From: Lentisphaerota bacterium
GTDB taxonomy: Bacteria; Verrucomicrobiota; Kiritimatiellia; UBA8416; JAQBFJ01
Assembly: GCA_041306605.1 (NCBI GenBank)
Contig: JBFZFB010000166.1
Span: 1,807 to 65,806 of the forward strand
Reading direction: 5' to 3'
Length of the DNA stretch: 64,000 nucleotides
Shown here: positions 36,768-45,885 of the stretch, piece after piece
Layout of the letters: each line of letters opens with the position of its first letter
Numbering within the stretch: position 1 is the first letter of the stretch
Made by a program: the position numbers and the translations under genes
The notes under the pieces: generated by a model
What the model was told of the DNA's origin: nothing
Seen by the model: only the letters and a program-made list of their open reading frames with translations
Database searches by the model: none

Positions 36768-39281
36768 TTCAATGTCGAGCTTGTACACAACGCCCGGCTC
36801 GGTAGTAAACTCAAACGTGCCGTCTTCCGAAGGTCTGACGTTTATCTGCTTTTCACCACGTTTAATTCCGCGCAGGCCATGAGCCGACAGCCGGCACACG
36901 CCGCCGCGCAATGACCGCACGTCTCCCTCAACCAATCGCCCGGCTTCCCAACGGATCGACACTTCAAATCCGCCAACCGCCATAAGACCCGACACACGGC
37001 CATCACTCCACGAAGGCGGGAGCGCCGGCAGAAGCTCAATCCGGCCGTCATGACTCTGAATTAGCATCTCGGCGATTCCCGCGCCAAGCCCGAAAACACA
37101 GTCCATCTGAAGACTGCCGGCCGTCATGAAATTCATGCCGAGCCCTTTGTAGATTCCCTTCGCGATAAGCCCGCAGATCTCCTGCTCCTTCAGGCGGGCA
37201 AAGAGACTTATCGCCCACGAAGCCGGCCAGCCGCCCCCGAACGCGCCATGGGTGTAACGGCGTAACATTGACTTGCGACAGGCTTCGTACAGTTCAGGAT
37301 TACGGCGCGGCGTAAACAGGTTCCCCGGATAGAGACCATACATGTGGGAAACATGCCCCATGCCGGGATTACCTTCCCGGAATTCAAAGCACCACTCCTG
37401 CAGTTGACCGCCACTCCCAACCTTGAACGGATAGAGCCGCTTAATGGCCCGATCAAGCCGGTCATGGAAATCCGACCGGACTCCAAGCAGTTCGGCGGCA
37501 TGCCCGCAATTCTCGAACAATTCGCGGATGATCGACAGGTCCATCGTGGACGATTTCGAAACCGAGGTGGTGACATCGTCAGGCGGCTGACCGCCCTCGT
37601 CAGGAAAGAAACTGTTCTCCGGCGATGTCGAAGGCGCGGTCGAAAGATAACCCTCCTCATCCTCGACAAGAGAAGAGAGCAGAAATCTCGCCGCGTCCTC
37701 CATGAGCGGATACGCGAACTCGGCAAGATATTTCATATCGCCGCCGTACTCAAAGTGCTGCCACAGATGCCGGCACAGCCATCCGGTGGCCATCGGCCAC
37801 CACGCCCAGCAGGCGAACCCGGCCGACGGCCAGGTCGACCGCCACAGGTCAATGTTGTGATGCACCACCCACCCATCCAAACCGTACCAGTCCACCGCGG
37901 TCTTACGCCCGCTCGCCGCGGATTCCGCCACGAGATCAAGCATCGGCCCATGACACTCGCTCAAGTTCAGTACTTCAGCCCCCCAGTAATTCATCTGCAC
38001 GTTGATATTGGTGGTATAGTTGCTCGACCACGCAGGCTGAACAAGATGGTTCCATATCCCCTGAAGATTAGCGGCCTGCGTCCCGGGACGTGATCCGGCA
38101 ATAATAAGATAACGCGTGTACTGCAACGCAAGCGCGGCCAACGACGGATCTTCCGTATCCGCCTGAAGCGCCATCCGCTCGCTCGTGGAGCGCCCGTCCG
38201 GTACGGCTGAGCCTATTTCAATGCTGACCCGGCGGAACCGTTTTCCATGCTCGTCAACGTGCCGCTCACGAATCTTTTCCCATGAAGACGCGCCGGCGGC
38301 AGCGATCGTGTTCCGGCATTTCGCGGCAACCGCGGCAGTGTCAGTGTCCCGCGCGCCAAGATACCCGGAATAATTAGTGTGCGCCGCAAGCAGAAAGACG
38401 ATAGAACGCGCGCCGTCAACCGATAAACGATCCACGCCCGCCGTCACAACACCGTCCGTTTCCACAACGCGCACAACAGCCGCGAAACGAATGCTCTTCG
38501 ATACATCATCCGGAAGATACACCACCGAAGGCTGGGCGGATGAGAAATTTGGTTCCACGTGATCTGGCGCCCGGCCGGCGATGAGGAGCTTATCACCGTC
38601 AGCCGAAACCGTGTGACGGAGCAGACTGTTCATCGCGAGACAGCAATTCATGACACCCGAGTCCACCGAAAACCTCACCGCCAGCACCTGTGCGGGGGCG
38701 CTTACCAAATACTCGCGTCTGAACCATCGCCCGTCCTCGCGATACTCGATGGTCTCTATGGCCGTGTCGAGGTCGAGCGTCCGCCGGTATGAATCACGGG
38801 AGATACCCCCGGCCCGCCGCAGGTACTCGCTTCCCGGATGGCCTCCGGCGTGGGTTGATACGTAAAGCGTCCCGAGCGGCTGATACGACTGCATCCAGAT
38901 ACCGAGCATGCGTTCATTCACCAGGCGGTTAGCCTCAACGAATTTATGCTCAAAAATGAGCCGTCTCGCCTCAGGGAGAAGCATCCGCGCGTTTTTATTC
39001 ACGTGGCTGGACTCGCTCCCCGACCAGAGGGTATCCTCGTTGATCACAATACTTTCATCAGGCGCGGTTCCAAAAACTGCCGCGCCGAGCCGTCCATTGC
39101 CTAGCAGGTGCGCGTCGGCAAACCGTGCGGCTGGTGTTGTTTCCCATAAACGATACGATTCATTACTCATGGCAGAAGCTCCCTGTAGAAATTCCAAAAG
39201 GATCGTGTCACCCTGCCACTGACAATAAAACCAGCAGACAACCCGGTCAACATGAAAAACAGCTTTTCCGTTTGTTGACAA
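36762..39281 (-). CDS. GH95 alpha-L-fucosidase
   Basis: SYRLWETTPAARFADAHLLGNGRLGAAVFGTAPDESIVINEDTLWSGSE is the GH95 N-terminal signature (W-x-x-PA...GNGRLGAMVFG...NE-TLWSG). Likely true start is ATG about 39170 (MSNESYRLW), with GGAG RBS and an upstream TTGACC-17-TATTGT promoter at about 39215-39245. The ORF track extends to 39281. Confidence 0.8.
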   Translation of the reverse strand: MSTNGKAVFHVDRVVCWFYCQWQGDTILLEFLQGASAMSNESYRLWETTPAARFADAHLLGNGRLGAAVFGTAPDESIVINEDTLWSGSESSHVNKNARMLLPEARRLIFEHKFVEANRLVNERMLGIWMQSYQPLGTLYVSTHAGGHPGSEYLRRAGGISRDSYRRTLDLDTAIETIEYREDGRWFRREYLVSAPAQVLAVRFSVDSGVMNCCLAMNSLLRHTVSADGDKLLIAGRAPDHVEPNFSSAQPSVVYLPDDVSKSIRFAAVVRVVETDGVVTAGVDRLSVDGARSIVFLLAAHTNYSGYLGARDTDTAAVAAKCRNTIAAAGASSWEKIRERHVDEHGKRFRRVSIEIGSAVPDGRSTSERMALQADTEDPSLAALALQYTRYLIIAGSRPGTQAANLQGIWNHLVQPAWSSNYTTNINVQMNYWGAEVLNLSECHGPMLDLVAESAASGRKTAVDWYGLDGWVVHHNIDLWRSTWPSAGFACWAWWPMATGWLCRHLWQHFEYGGDMKYLAEFAYPLMEDAARFLLSSLVEDEEGYLSTAPSTSPENSFFPDEGGQPPDDVTTSVSKSSTMDLSIIRELFENCGHAAELLGVRSDFHDRLDRAIKRLYPFKVGSGGQLQEWCFEFREGNPGMGHVSHMYGLYPGNLFTPRRNPELYEACRKSMLRRYTHGAFGGGWPASWAISLFARLKEQEICGLIAKGIYKGLGMNFMTAGSLQMDCVFGLGAGIAEMLIQSHDGRIELLPALPPSWSDGRVSGLMAVGGFEVSIRWEAGRLVEGDVRSLRGGVCRLSAHGLRGIKRGEKQINVRPSEDGTFEFTTEPGVVYKLDIER

Positions 39282-39300
39282 GAAATCTCACAACAGCATT

Positions 39301-39340
39301 TAGGAGGTTTAGCCTTTCATGCTATCTAACCCGTCTATCT
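39301..39340. repeat. ~40-bp repeated intergenic motif, copy 2, upstream of the GH95 promoter
   Basis: See copy 1 at 36728-36767. Confidence 0.7.
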
Positions 39341-39537
39341 GAAATACTTAATTCTTAAGTGGCTGTACCCGCCGAACGGATTCGCACCCAGCACCAGCCG
39401 CGTAACTTTCAAACCGCAAAAATCTACTGTCGGCAATAACGCCATTTTATTGTCTGTCATAATCTTCCCCTATTTCCCTTGTTCATATTGCTAATCAACA
39501 TCTTGATTCTAAACACTCAATTCTCTCATTCGAAAGG

Positions 39538-39729
39538 GAGACAGGGCCTGCCCTTAAGTGTCTTGCTTCAACCTCACAGAACAAACCACCACTTCCTCTT
39601 TAATTAAGCATCAATATAATACTCTAAATCTGATTTGTCACGTCATTCGACATGATTGGTTCGACATGATAAATCATACACAGAATCGGCATTATTGAGC
39701 CATTGAATAAGAACCGGACGGTCTATAAG
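39538..39729. repeat. Left copy of bipartite direct repeat (83-bp block 39538-39620 plus 30-bp block 39700-39729) bounding the defense-gene remnant segment
   Basis: gagacagggcctgcccttaag..tgtcttgcttcaacctc(a/g)cagaac(a/g)aaccaccacttcctctttaattaag.atcaatataat followed by ccattg(a/g)ataagaaccggacggtc(t/a)taa. The second copy is at 41221-41308 / 41348-41375. Contains an AGGGCctGCCCT tight palindrome. Confidence 0.75.
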
Positions 39730-40019
39730 CCTGCATTCTGTGCCACGCGCGAATTCCTGCGCGTCTTCCGTAAACCGGCTCCATCATAATCAGAATCATC
39801 AAGCCCATTTTCACGACAGAGGTAAGCTTGAAAACCGTCATCGGCTTTTCCTAAATCATGCAACAATCCCGCATTCCAAGCCCATTCCGATGATTGAAAG
39901 GCAGAGGCAAACTTCCCCGCCATTTCTGCAACATTCTTCAAATGCACATCCAACGGCTGCCACTTTTCCTTTGGCTGGCCTTCCAAACTGTGTGCGTAAT
40001 ATCTTTTCTCACTTTTCAT
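39723..40019 (-). pseudogene. Cas3 HD-nuclease N-terminal fragment (gene remnant)
   Basis: MKSEKRYYAHSLEGQPKEKWQPLDVHLKNVAEMAGKFASAFQSSEWAWNAGLLHDLGKADDGFQAYL matches the Cas3 HD-domain N-terminus pattern (AHS...W..L..HL..VA..A..FA...GLLHD.GK..FQ). Only ~65 aa are recognisable, then unrelated sequence and a stop. No helicase domain, no other cas genes, no CRISPR array. Confidence 0.5.
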
Positions 40020-40056
40020 GACTCAAACTGTACCACAACCAGAGTGACACAGGATG

Positions 40057-40905
40057 TCACTGCAGTTTTTTATCAGATTCTTTTTCTTTGAGATAGTTAT
40101 GTTTTGAGATAATCGGGCGTTTCAGTCGTTTTTCCAGAGCCTTCCGCGCATTCCCGGCTATTTTGCCGCCAGCATGAGCATCGTCTTTTAATTTTGGCAT
40201 TCCCTCCGAATCTTCCGTGCGGTGTATTTCCGTTGTCGCACGCTCTCCAAGCATTGTGAATATCAGCTCAAAATCATCCATGTGATCTCGCAGGTTTTCC
40301 CGTTTCAGCCCTTTCAGCTTCTTGTATTCGTTCGGAGTAACACCAAATGCCGCCTTTGATATCTGGGCTGTCAATATCTCGTAATCCTTGTCCTCCCGCG
40401 CCCCTCGTTTCTGCCATTCGTCAGTCAATTCTTCTCTAATAGCAATGCCGCGCATACGCTTTTCAATCCAGTCGTCGCTGTATCCTTTGAGCTTATACAA
40501 CATCCTTGTACGCTTTGAGGCAAGTTCAGGATCTTCTATTTCCTGCACCCGCTCGTAGCCCACCTTCGCCAGCCATCTCTTGAACGGCTCGGCTTTCGGG
40601 GAGGGAATGGATTGAATTAACCGGAATATGCCTTCGGTATTCCAACAGTACATTTTCTGCTTTCCACCCGCAGTGTCCACTTCAAGCATAAGGGGTGGTA
40701 CAAAGTGTACCCCTCCTTTGGCGAGAAGTTCCGACAGCTCCTTCTCCCTCTCTTTTAATCGTTTGAAATATTGTGCAGGATCTGTGGATCCAGTTAATGA
40801 TTCAATAATGTCATTGATCACAAACCACCATTCGTTCTGGTATAACATTTTTCTGATCTGTTTGCCTTTGAATAAAGCTATTCGTGTATCTTTTTCCGTA
40901 CTCAT
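40057..40905 (-). CDS. DinD-like DNA-damage-inducible protein (Bro-N domain plus DinD C-terminal domain)
   Basis: 282 aa. The N-terminus IALFKGKQIRKMLYQNEWWFVINDIIESLTG is Bro-N-like. The C-terminal KGLKRENLRDHMDDFELIFTMLGERATTEIHRTEDSEGMPKLKDDAHAGGKIAGNARKALEKRL parallels E. coli DinD (KGLKKNQKILDHMGSTELAANLFRATQTEEKLKRDG...). Recalled from memory, not searched. Confidence 0.55.
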   Translation of the reverse strand: MSTEKDTRIALFKGKQIRKMLYQNEWWFVINDIIESLTGSTDPAQYFKRLKEREKELSELLAKGGVHFVPPLMLEVDTAGGKQKMYCWNTEGIFRLIQSIPSPKAEPFKRWLAKVGYERVQEIEDPELASKRTRMLYKLKGYSDDWIEKRMRGIAIREELTDEWQKRGAREDKDYEILTAQISKAAFGVTPNEYKKLKGLKRENLRDHMDDFELIFTMLGERATTEIHRTEDSEGMPKLKDDAHAGGKIAGNARKALEKRLKRPIISKHNYLKEKESDKKLQ

Positions 40906-40984
40906 AACGGCATCCTTTCCAATTGTACTATTTCACCGTACGGTTCAATATTCAACTGTCCGATTCTATCGGACACTTCAGAAT

Positions 40985-41215
40985 TCATGTTTCCCGCCTC
41001 CCGTTTTGCGCCCGCAGAACATCCGATTCTGTAATCCTGCGCTGACCGGTGAGCGCATGCTTCACCAAATCCAACATGGCGTTGAACTCGCGCTTCCCGG
41101 TCAACACCTCTCCATGATCGGCCACCCGCTGCTTCGATTTGATCTGTACTTCCATTAGTTCCTTATCCGTCTTCTCCGGGACTAACAATATCCTGATAAT
41201 TGGAGAAATTATCAC
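40985..41215 (-). pseudogene. N-terminal fragment of a gamma-class N6-adenine DNA methyltransferase (type IIG/Eco57I/PglX-like), remnant
   Basis: 76-aa ORF containing HGEVLTGKREFNAMLDLV, resembling the GEVFTP-x3-V-x2-ML-DL motif at the start of the catalytic domain of Eco57I/MmeI/PglX-type methyltransferases. Too short to be functional. Confidence 0.3.
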
Positions 41216-41220
41216 GCTCA

Positions 41221-41375
41221 GAGACAGGGCCTGCCCTTAAGCATTAGTGTCTTGCTTCAACCTCGCAGAACGAACCACCACTTCCTCTTTAATTAAGATC
41301 AATATAATCTTTTAATCTGTCCACGCATGCAATCAATATTTTTTCAACCATTGGATAAGAACCGGACGGTCATAA
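41221..41375. repeat. Right copy of bipartite direct repeat (41221-41308 and 41348-41375)
   Basis: See 39538-39729. Lies ~250 bp from the tRNA-Thr gene. Confidence 0.75.
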
Positions 41376-41624
41376 CAGGCAAGAAGTCAGTCCGCCTACG
41401 CCAAGGCTTCGGCGGATCTTCCCCAATGGCGGATGTCGGGGCTACGAAAGACAAGTCCGCCACTGCGGATAAGAAAAGAATGCCAATAACCCCACCCCAC
41501 CCATCAAAAAGAAAACAACCATAATAAAAGCTTTGATTGTTGCTTTGCTCATATTTCACTCGCGTGCGCAAGTGATATCATCTTTTGCCCGCCATTACAA
41601 GAATGATAAAATCACCGGCCCGCC

Positions 41625-41700
41625 TGGAGCCAACGGTCGGGATCGAACCGACGACCTGCTCATTACGAATGAGCTGCTCTACCAACTGAGCTACGTTGGC
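41625..41700 (-). tRNA. tRNA-Thr (anticodon CGT)
   Basis: Reverse complement GCCAACGTAGCTCAGTTGGTAGAGCAGCTCATTCGTAATGAGCAGGTCGTCGGTTCGATCCCGACCGTTGGCTCCA folds as a canonical cloverleaf: 7-bp acceptor stem GCCAACG/CGTTGGC, D stem GCTC/GAGC, anticodon stem GCTCA/TGAGC with loop TTCGTAA (anticodon CGT), T arm GTCGG-TTCGATC-CCGAC, encoded CCA. Confidence 0.85.
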
Positions 41701-41747
41701 CTAAAAAAGGTAATAATCATGTAACTTTATAAATGTAGCACGGTAAG

Positions 41748-42902
41748 TCAAGCACCTTGAATATCATCTTTGACATGACTTGCTTCTGTCTTTTTACCAC
41801 CGGCTCCGAGCATTCTTATAAGAAGCAGTTCTAAAACCATCTCTTGCGGGACCCTGCTGGATACCAGTTTTACATGGGCGTTCATCAGTGCTTTACGGCA
41901 ACGCGCCAGTTCCGGCATGGAGAATCCTTTTGCCTGAGCCGCCAGCAGACTTGCCCGGTATGGATGGACTTTACGCGGATCTTTGTCAAATTCTTCAGAG
42001 AACCCTTTGTCTATCTCAGGCGGGAGGTCTTTCCATTTCGCTTCGGTTTTTCCGTATGAACTCCGGTCCACCACCAGCCATCCGTTGTTTAGGGCTTCTT
42101 TGTAAAACATCAAATCCCTGATTCTGCCGGACAAGCCCATGATGAGGCCTATCGGATTTTCTTTCTGGAAGAACAGTTGCCGGAGTATTTTAAGGCTTCC
42201 CGCCAGATCACGCCGGCCAAAAGCGTCGGCAAGATCCCAAGCGAGGGATTCACGGGAGGAGCTAACGATAGTGTCAATATCACTTTTGGTGACTGTTTTG
42301 CGGTCCCCCATAAAAAGGACCAGTTTTTCGATTTCATTAACCATTTGCCGGGTATTCGCGCCTACTTTTTCCTGAAAATATGCGATTACATCGCCCGGCA
42401 TTTTGAGGTCGTTTTTCTGAATGATATCACGCAGGCGCGCGCCGGCATCTTTTTCAGCCTGATAGCCTTTATCGGAAACGGCGAACTCGTGCACCTCGCC
42501 GGCGGCACTGCAGGCTTTGAAAAACGCGTATCTTTTATCCACCTTTGGCGCGGTAATGACCAGCACCTGGCCGGAGGACAGTCCTTTGTTTATCAGGGCC
42601 GTAAAATCGTTTACCCGCTGTTTCACGGTTTCGGATTTGCCTGTAATGTTATCATGGAAGAAACCGGCGTCTTTGAGCCACACCACCTTGCGAGAGCAAA
42701 ACAATCCGAGCGTTTGGATGGCTTCTTCGCATCTGTTTAAAGCGGTTATGGCGGCATCCATGGTAGCATCCGGACTGCTTTCGATGATTTCCAGTCCGAG
42801 CGCGCGGTCTTCCGGCGGAAGCAGGGTGTCAATAATTTCCCGGGTCTTAGCGGACACCAGGTACTCGTCTTCACCTAATATAAGATAAACAGACTTGGTC
42901 AT
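41748..42902 (-). CDS. holA: DNA polymerase III delta subunit
   Basis: 384 aa. N-terminus MTKSVYLILGEDEYLVSAKTREIID... (HolA-typical Y-L-x-x-G-x-(D/E)-x-x-L) and overall clamp-loader delta architecture. Confidence 0.75.
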   Translation of the reverse strand: MTKSVYLILGEDEYLVSAKTREIIDTLLPPEDRALGLEIIESSPDATMDAAITALNRCEEAIQTLGLFCSRKVVWLKDAGFFHDNITGKSETVKQRVNDFTALINKGLSSGQVLVITAPKVDKRYAFFKACSAAGEVHEFAVSDKGYQAEKDAGARLRDIIQKNDLKMPGDVIAYFQEKVGANTRQMVNEIEKLVLFMGDRKTVTKSDIDTIVSSSRESLAWDLADAFGRRDLAGSLKILRQLFFQKENPIGLIMGLSGRIRDLMFYKEALNNGWLVVDRSSYGKTEAKWKDLPPEIDKGFSEEFDKDPRKVHPYRASLLAAQAKGFSMPELARCRKALMNAHVKLVSSRVPQEMVLELLLIRMLGAGGKKTEASHVKDDIQGA

Positions 42903-42991
42903 AGTTCAAAACCATAAGCTGAGAAGGGGCAAAAGGGCAAGGCGATTCATGAAATGAGCCTTGTTTATTCGCAAAAACGGTCTCTGACTTT

Positions 42992-44626
42992 ATGGATGAC
43001 AAGAACGGGCAAATAGCATATTATCCCGAGTTCAGCTGGAGATATTCCTTGAAAGACATTGTTTCAAAAATAAGGACAAAAAAGACAAAAACCCGCGAAA
43101 AACAGGCCTGCAGGGCGCCCTCAGAACGCCAGCCTCTGCATAAAAGGCCGATTGCTGGCTTTTTTATAGTTTTTCTGCTCTGGCTGGCAACAGCAGGCCT
43201 GCTTTGTTTTCAGCGTATGATGGAAAATCCCAGCTGGTCGCTGGAATTAACGCTCCAACTGGCGAGTGATGTGACATTTCTGCTTATCAGCTTGTTTGCC
43301 ATAGGTGTATTTATGGAGGCGGTAAACCCCGGTTTCACCAGGAAAAACTCCAAGATATTGCTTATTTCCCTTGTATCGCTGGTTTCCATTATTCCGGCAG
43401 GCGCCATTTTTTACATGGCGGGCCGGGTAACCCTGATCCAGCATGATGTTGCTATTTTTCTTATACCTTTCGCCATGGCACCCATGCTTGCGACGATTTT
43501 GACTAATAGAAGGATCGGTATAGCGGCGGGTGTATGGACATCATTGGTGACGGCATTTATTGTGGGGCGTAGTTTTCCTCTTTTTATTACAGGCATGATT
43601 GTGACTGTATTGACATCTCAGGGCATTCACAGGGTCCGCACAAGGACCAAAGTGCTGAAAATAGGGCTTGCCGCAGGACTTGCGGAGATACCGTGTGTGT
43701 TTGCCATTACATCTTTAAAGGGTGTTGACGCGGATATTATCTTGATCCTGAACCAGGCGTCGGCCTGTGTAGTCAGCGGCTTTTTATCGGCAATAATAGT
43801 GCTGTTGATTCTGCCTTTTTTTGAGACCTTGTTCCATATTACAACAGACATAACACTGCTTGAACTGTCGGACATGGGCCATCCCCTGCTGGAGCGTCTG
43901 GCGATAGAAGCGCCGGGCACATATCATCACAGTCTGGTTGTGGCAAACCTGGCGCAGGCGGCGGCCGGCGAGATTGGTGCCAACACGCTCCGCACAAGGG
44001 TATGTTCTTATTTTCATGATATAGGCAAACTGACGAAGCCGGATTTTTTCACAGAGAACATTCAACTGCAGGCCAATCCGCATGATGATCTCCCGCCGAG
44101 CATGAGCACGCTGGTTATCATTGCTCATGTAAAGGAGGGTTTAAGCCTTGCCATGCATTACAAACTGCCCGATCCTGTAATACAGGTTATTCAGGAGCAT
44201 CACGGCACCAGCCTGCTGTCGTATTTCCATCATAAAGCCGTATCACAGATGGAATTCGCATTGACTCACGAAGTAGCGCCGGCAACAAACGGACAGGCGA
44301 AAATAAACGAAGCCGACTTCAGGTATCCCGGCCCGAAACCAATTTCACGCGAGTCCGCGATCATCTGTCTGGCGGACGCGGTGGAGGCGGCTTCCCGGTG
44401 CATGGAGAAGATCACACCACCCCATATTGAAGGTCTGGTCAATGAGATAATAAACACCCGGCAGATTGACGGACAGCTTGATAATTGCCATCTTACGCTG
44501 GCGGATCTGACAAAAATCAAACGATCTTTTGTAATTTCGTTGTTGAACATGTTTCACACCCGGATATCCTATCCAAAAGATGAAAATAGAGATAAACAAC
44601 AGACAAAAACTAGCCAGGGTGAATAA
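42992..44626 (+). CDS. 7TM-receptor-linked HD/HDIG phosphohydrolase (PgpH/YqfF-like, candidate c-di-AMP phosphodiesterase)
   Basis: Multiple TM helices, then an HD domain HHSLVVANLAQAAAGEIGANTLRTRVCSYFHDIGKLTKP and downstream His/Asp motifs. The conserved pgpH-ybeY neighbourhood supports the call. Confidence 0.65.
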   Translation: MDDKNGQIAYYPEFSWRYSLKDIVSKIRTKKTKTREKQACRAPSERQPLHKRPIAGFFIVFLLWLATAGLLCFQRMMENPSWSLELTLQLASDVTFLLISLFAIGVFMEAVNPGFTRKNSKILLISLVSLVSIIPAGAIFYMAGRVTLIQHDVAIFLIPFAMAPMLATILTNRRIGIAAGVWTSLVTAFIVGRSFPLFITGMIVTVLTSQGIHRVRTRTKVLKIGLAAGLAEIPCVFAITSLKGVDADIILILNQASACVVSGFLSAIIVLLILPFFETLFHITTDITLLELSDMGHPLLERLAIEAPGTYHHSLVVANLAQAAAGEIGANTLRTRVCSYFHDIGKLTKPDFFTENIQLQANPHDDLPPSMSTLVIIAHVKEGLSLAMHYKLPDPVIQVIQEHHGTSLLSYFHHKAVSQMEFALTHEVAPATNGQAKINEADFRYPGPKPISRESAIICLADAVEAASRCMEKITPPHIEGLVNEIINTRQIDGQLDNCHLTLADLTKIKRSFVISLLNMFHTRISYPKDENRDKQQTKTSQGE

Positions 44627-45080
44627 CATTCAACTGAAGAAACTTGTTCTTTACCTCATGGACAAGGTCCATAAGCTTGATCCTGCGTCTTGGGATGAAA
44701 TATCCATTGTCATAACAGATGACGCGGGAATAAAAGCCGTTAATCAGAAATATCTGAATAAAAACCATGTTACTGACGTAATAAGTTTCCGTTACGCGCC
44801 GGCACCCGGCATAAGTGATCTTCCGAGCGGTGAAGTTATCGTAAATCTTCAGAGGGTCCTGGAGCTGGCACGCAAGCGTAAAAATCTGGAACCATGCCGC
44901 GAGCTGGCTCTTTACATAGCACATGGATGCGACCATCTGGCGGACCAGACGGATTACGACACTGTCAGCCGCAACAGAATGCGCCGCCGCGAACTGCAAT
45001 GGCTGGCAGGCGCACCATGGGGCCAAATCATGAAAACTGTTTTCTGCGCAACAATATTCTTTATTATTAACTTCTCATGA
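44580..45080 (+). CDS. ybeY: Endoribonuclease YbeY (rRNA maturation factor)
   Basis: 166 aa, TDVISFRY...GEVIVNLQRV...LYIAHGCDHLADQTDYD, matching the YbeY H-G-x-L-H-L-x-G-Y-D-H metal motif region. Overlaps the pgpH-like gene by 47 nt. Confidence 0.7.
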   Translation: MKIEINNRQKLARVNNIQLKKLVLYLMDKVHKLDPASWDEISIVITDDAGIKAVNQKYLNKNHVTDVISFRYAPAPGISDLPSGEVIVNLQRVLELARKRKNLEPCRELALYIAHGCDHLADQTDYDTVSRNRMRRRELQWLAGAPWGQIMKTVFCATIFFIINFS

Positions 45081-45871
45081 TCTTAAAAACAAACGCCATA
45101 GTTTTACGTGTACTGCCTTTTTCCAGAACATCTCATATTGTGACATGGCTCACGGAAGATTACGGAAAGATCAGCACAATGATAAAAGGGGCATGCCGGC
45201 CCAAGAGTCAGTTTCTGGGCCAGTATGATCTGTATTACACCTGCGAAATGCTTTTCTATTCGCACGAACGGAACGGGCTTCATATTGCCAAAGAGTGTAC
45301 CCCTCTTGAAACACGAACGGCGTTCAGAAGCAACTGGCGGGCGGCTTCATGCGCTTCGTACATAAGCGAACTGCTGACAAAGCTGATTCCTCCCGGCCAT
45401 ACACAGCCTGAGCTCTATAAACTTACCGAAACTGTTTTTGATTTTCTGACAGGCAACGAGATCAAGCCCCAAATTCTCTTCTGGTTTGAGATCCGCCTGC
45501 TCTCCATATCCGGCTTTGAGCCGCGTCTCTTCGCATGCGCCAAATGCGGCGCGCCTCTTCCTGAACCGGCCGGATTATCATTTTCAACCGCGCATGGCGG
45601 CATCATGTGCGCGAACTGCAGTGCCCAGACAACCACAACGCGCATTCCGCCAGACACACTTGCCATACTGAAAACATGGCAAAATGCCCAGTCTCTACGC
45701 AGTGTTTGCAATACCAAATGCACAATAAATCAATTACTTGATTTCCGCAGGATTCTTGGTAGATTTCTGGAATGTCATCTCGATATCATGCCGCAAAGCA
45801 GAAATATCGCGCTTGAAATGCTAACACAGGCCCCGGCAAAGCTGATAGTCGGCCGAGAAGAGGCCTCATAA
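45077..45871 (+). CDS. recO: DNA repair protein RecO
   Basis: 264 aa. N-terminal OB fold MILKTNAIVLRVLPFSRTSHIVTWLTEDYGKISTMIKGA and a C4 zinc motif (CAKCGAP...CANC). ATGA overlap with ybeY. Confidence 0.8.
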   Translation: MILKTNAIVLRVLPFSRTSHIVTWLTEDYGKISTMIKGACRPKSQFLGQYDLYYTCEMLFYSHERNGLHIAKECTPLETRTAFRSNWRAASCASYISELLTKLIPPGHTQPELYKLTETVFDFLTGNEIKPQILFWFEIRLLSISGFEPRLFACAKCGAPLPEPAGLSFSTAHGGIMCANCSAQTTTTRIPPDTLAILKTWQNAQSLRSVCNTKCTINQLLDFRRILGRFLECHLDIMPQSRNIALEMLTQAPAKLIVGREEAS

Positions 45872-45885
45872 ATACGGAGAATATA

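Noticed and set aside
40628-41158. 176-aa plus-strand ORF across the DinD-like gene and the methyltransferase fragment
   Set aside because: Antisense to the DinD-like gene. It spans the gap between two minus-strand features and has no recognisable motifs.
39350-41600. Possible CRISPR array near the Cas3 fragment
   Set aside because: Searched the flanks by eye for regularly spaced 25-40 bp repeats. Only the large bipartite direct repeat (two copies ~1.7 kb apart) was found, which is not array-like.
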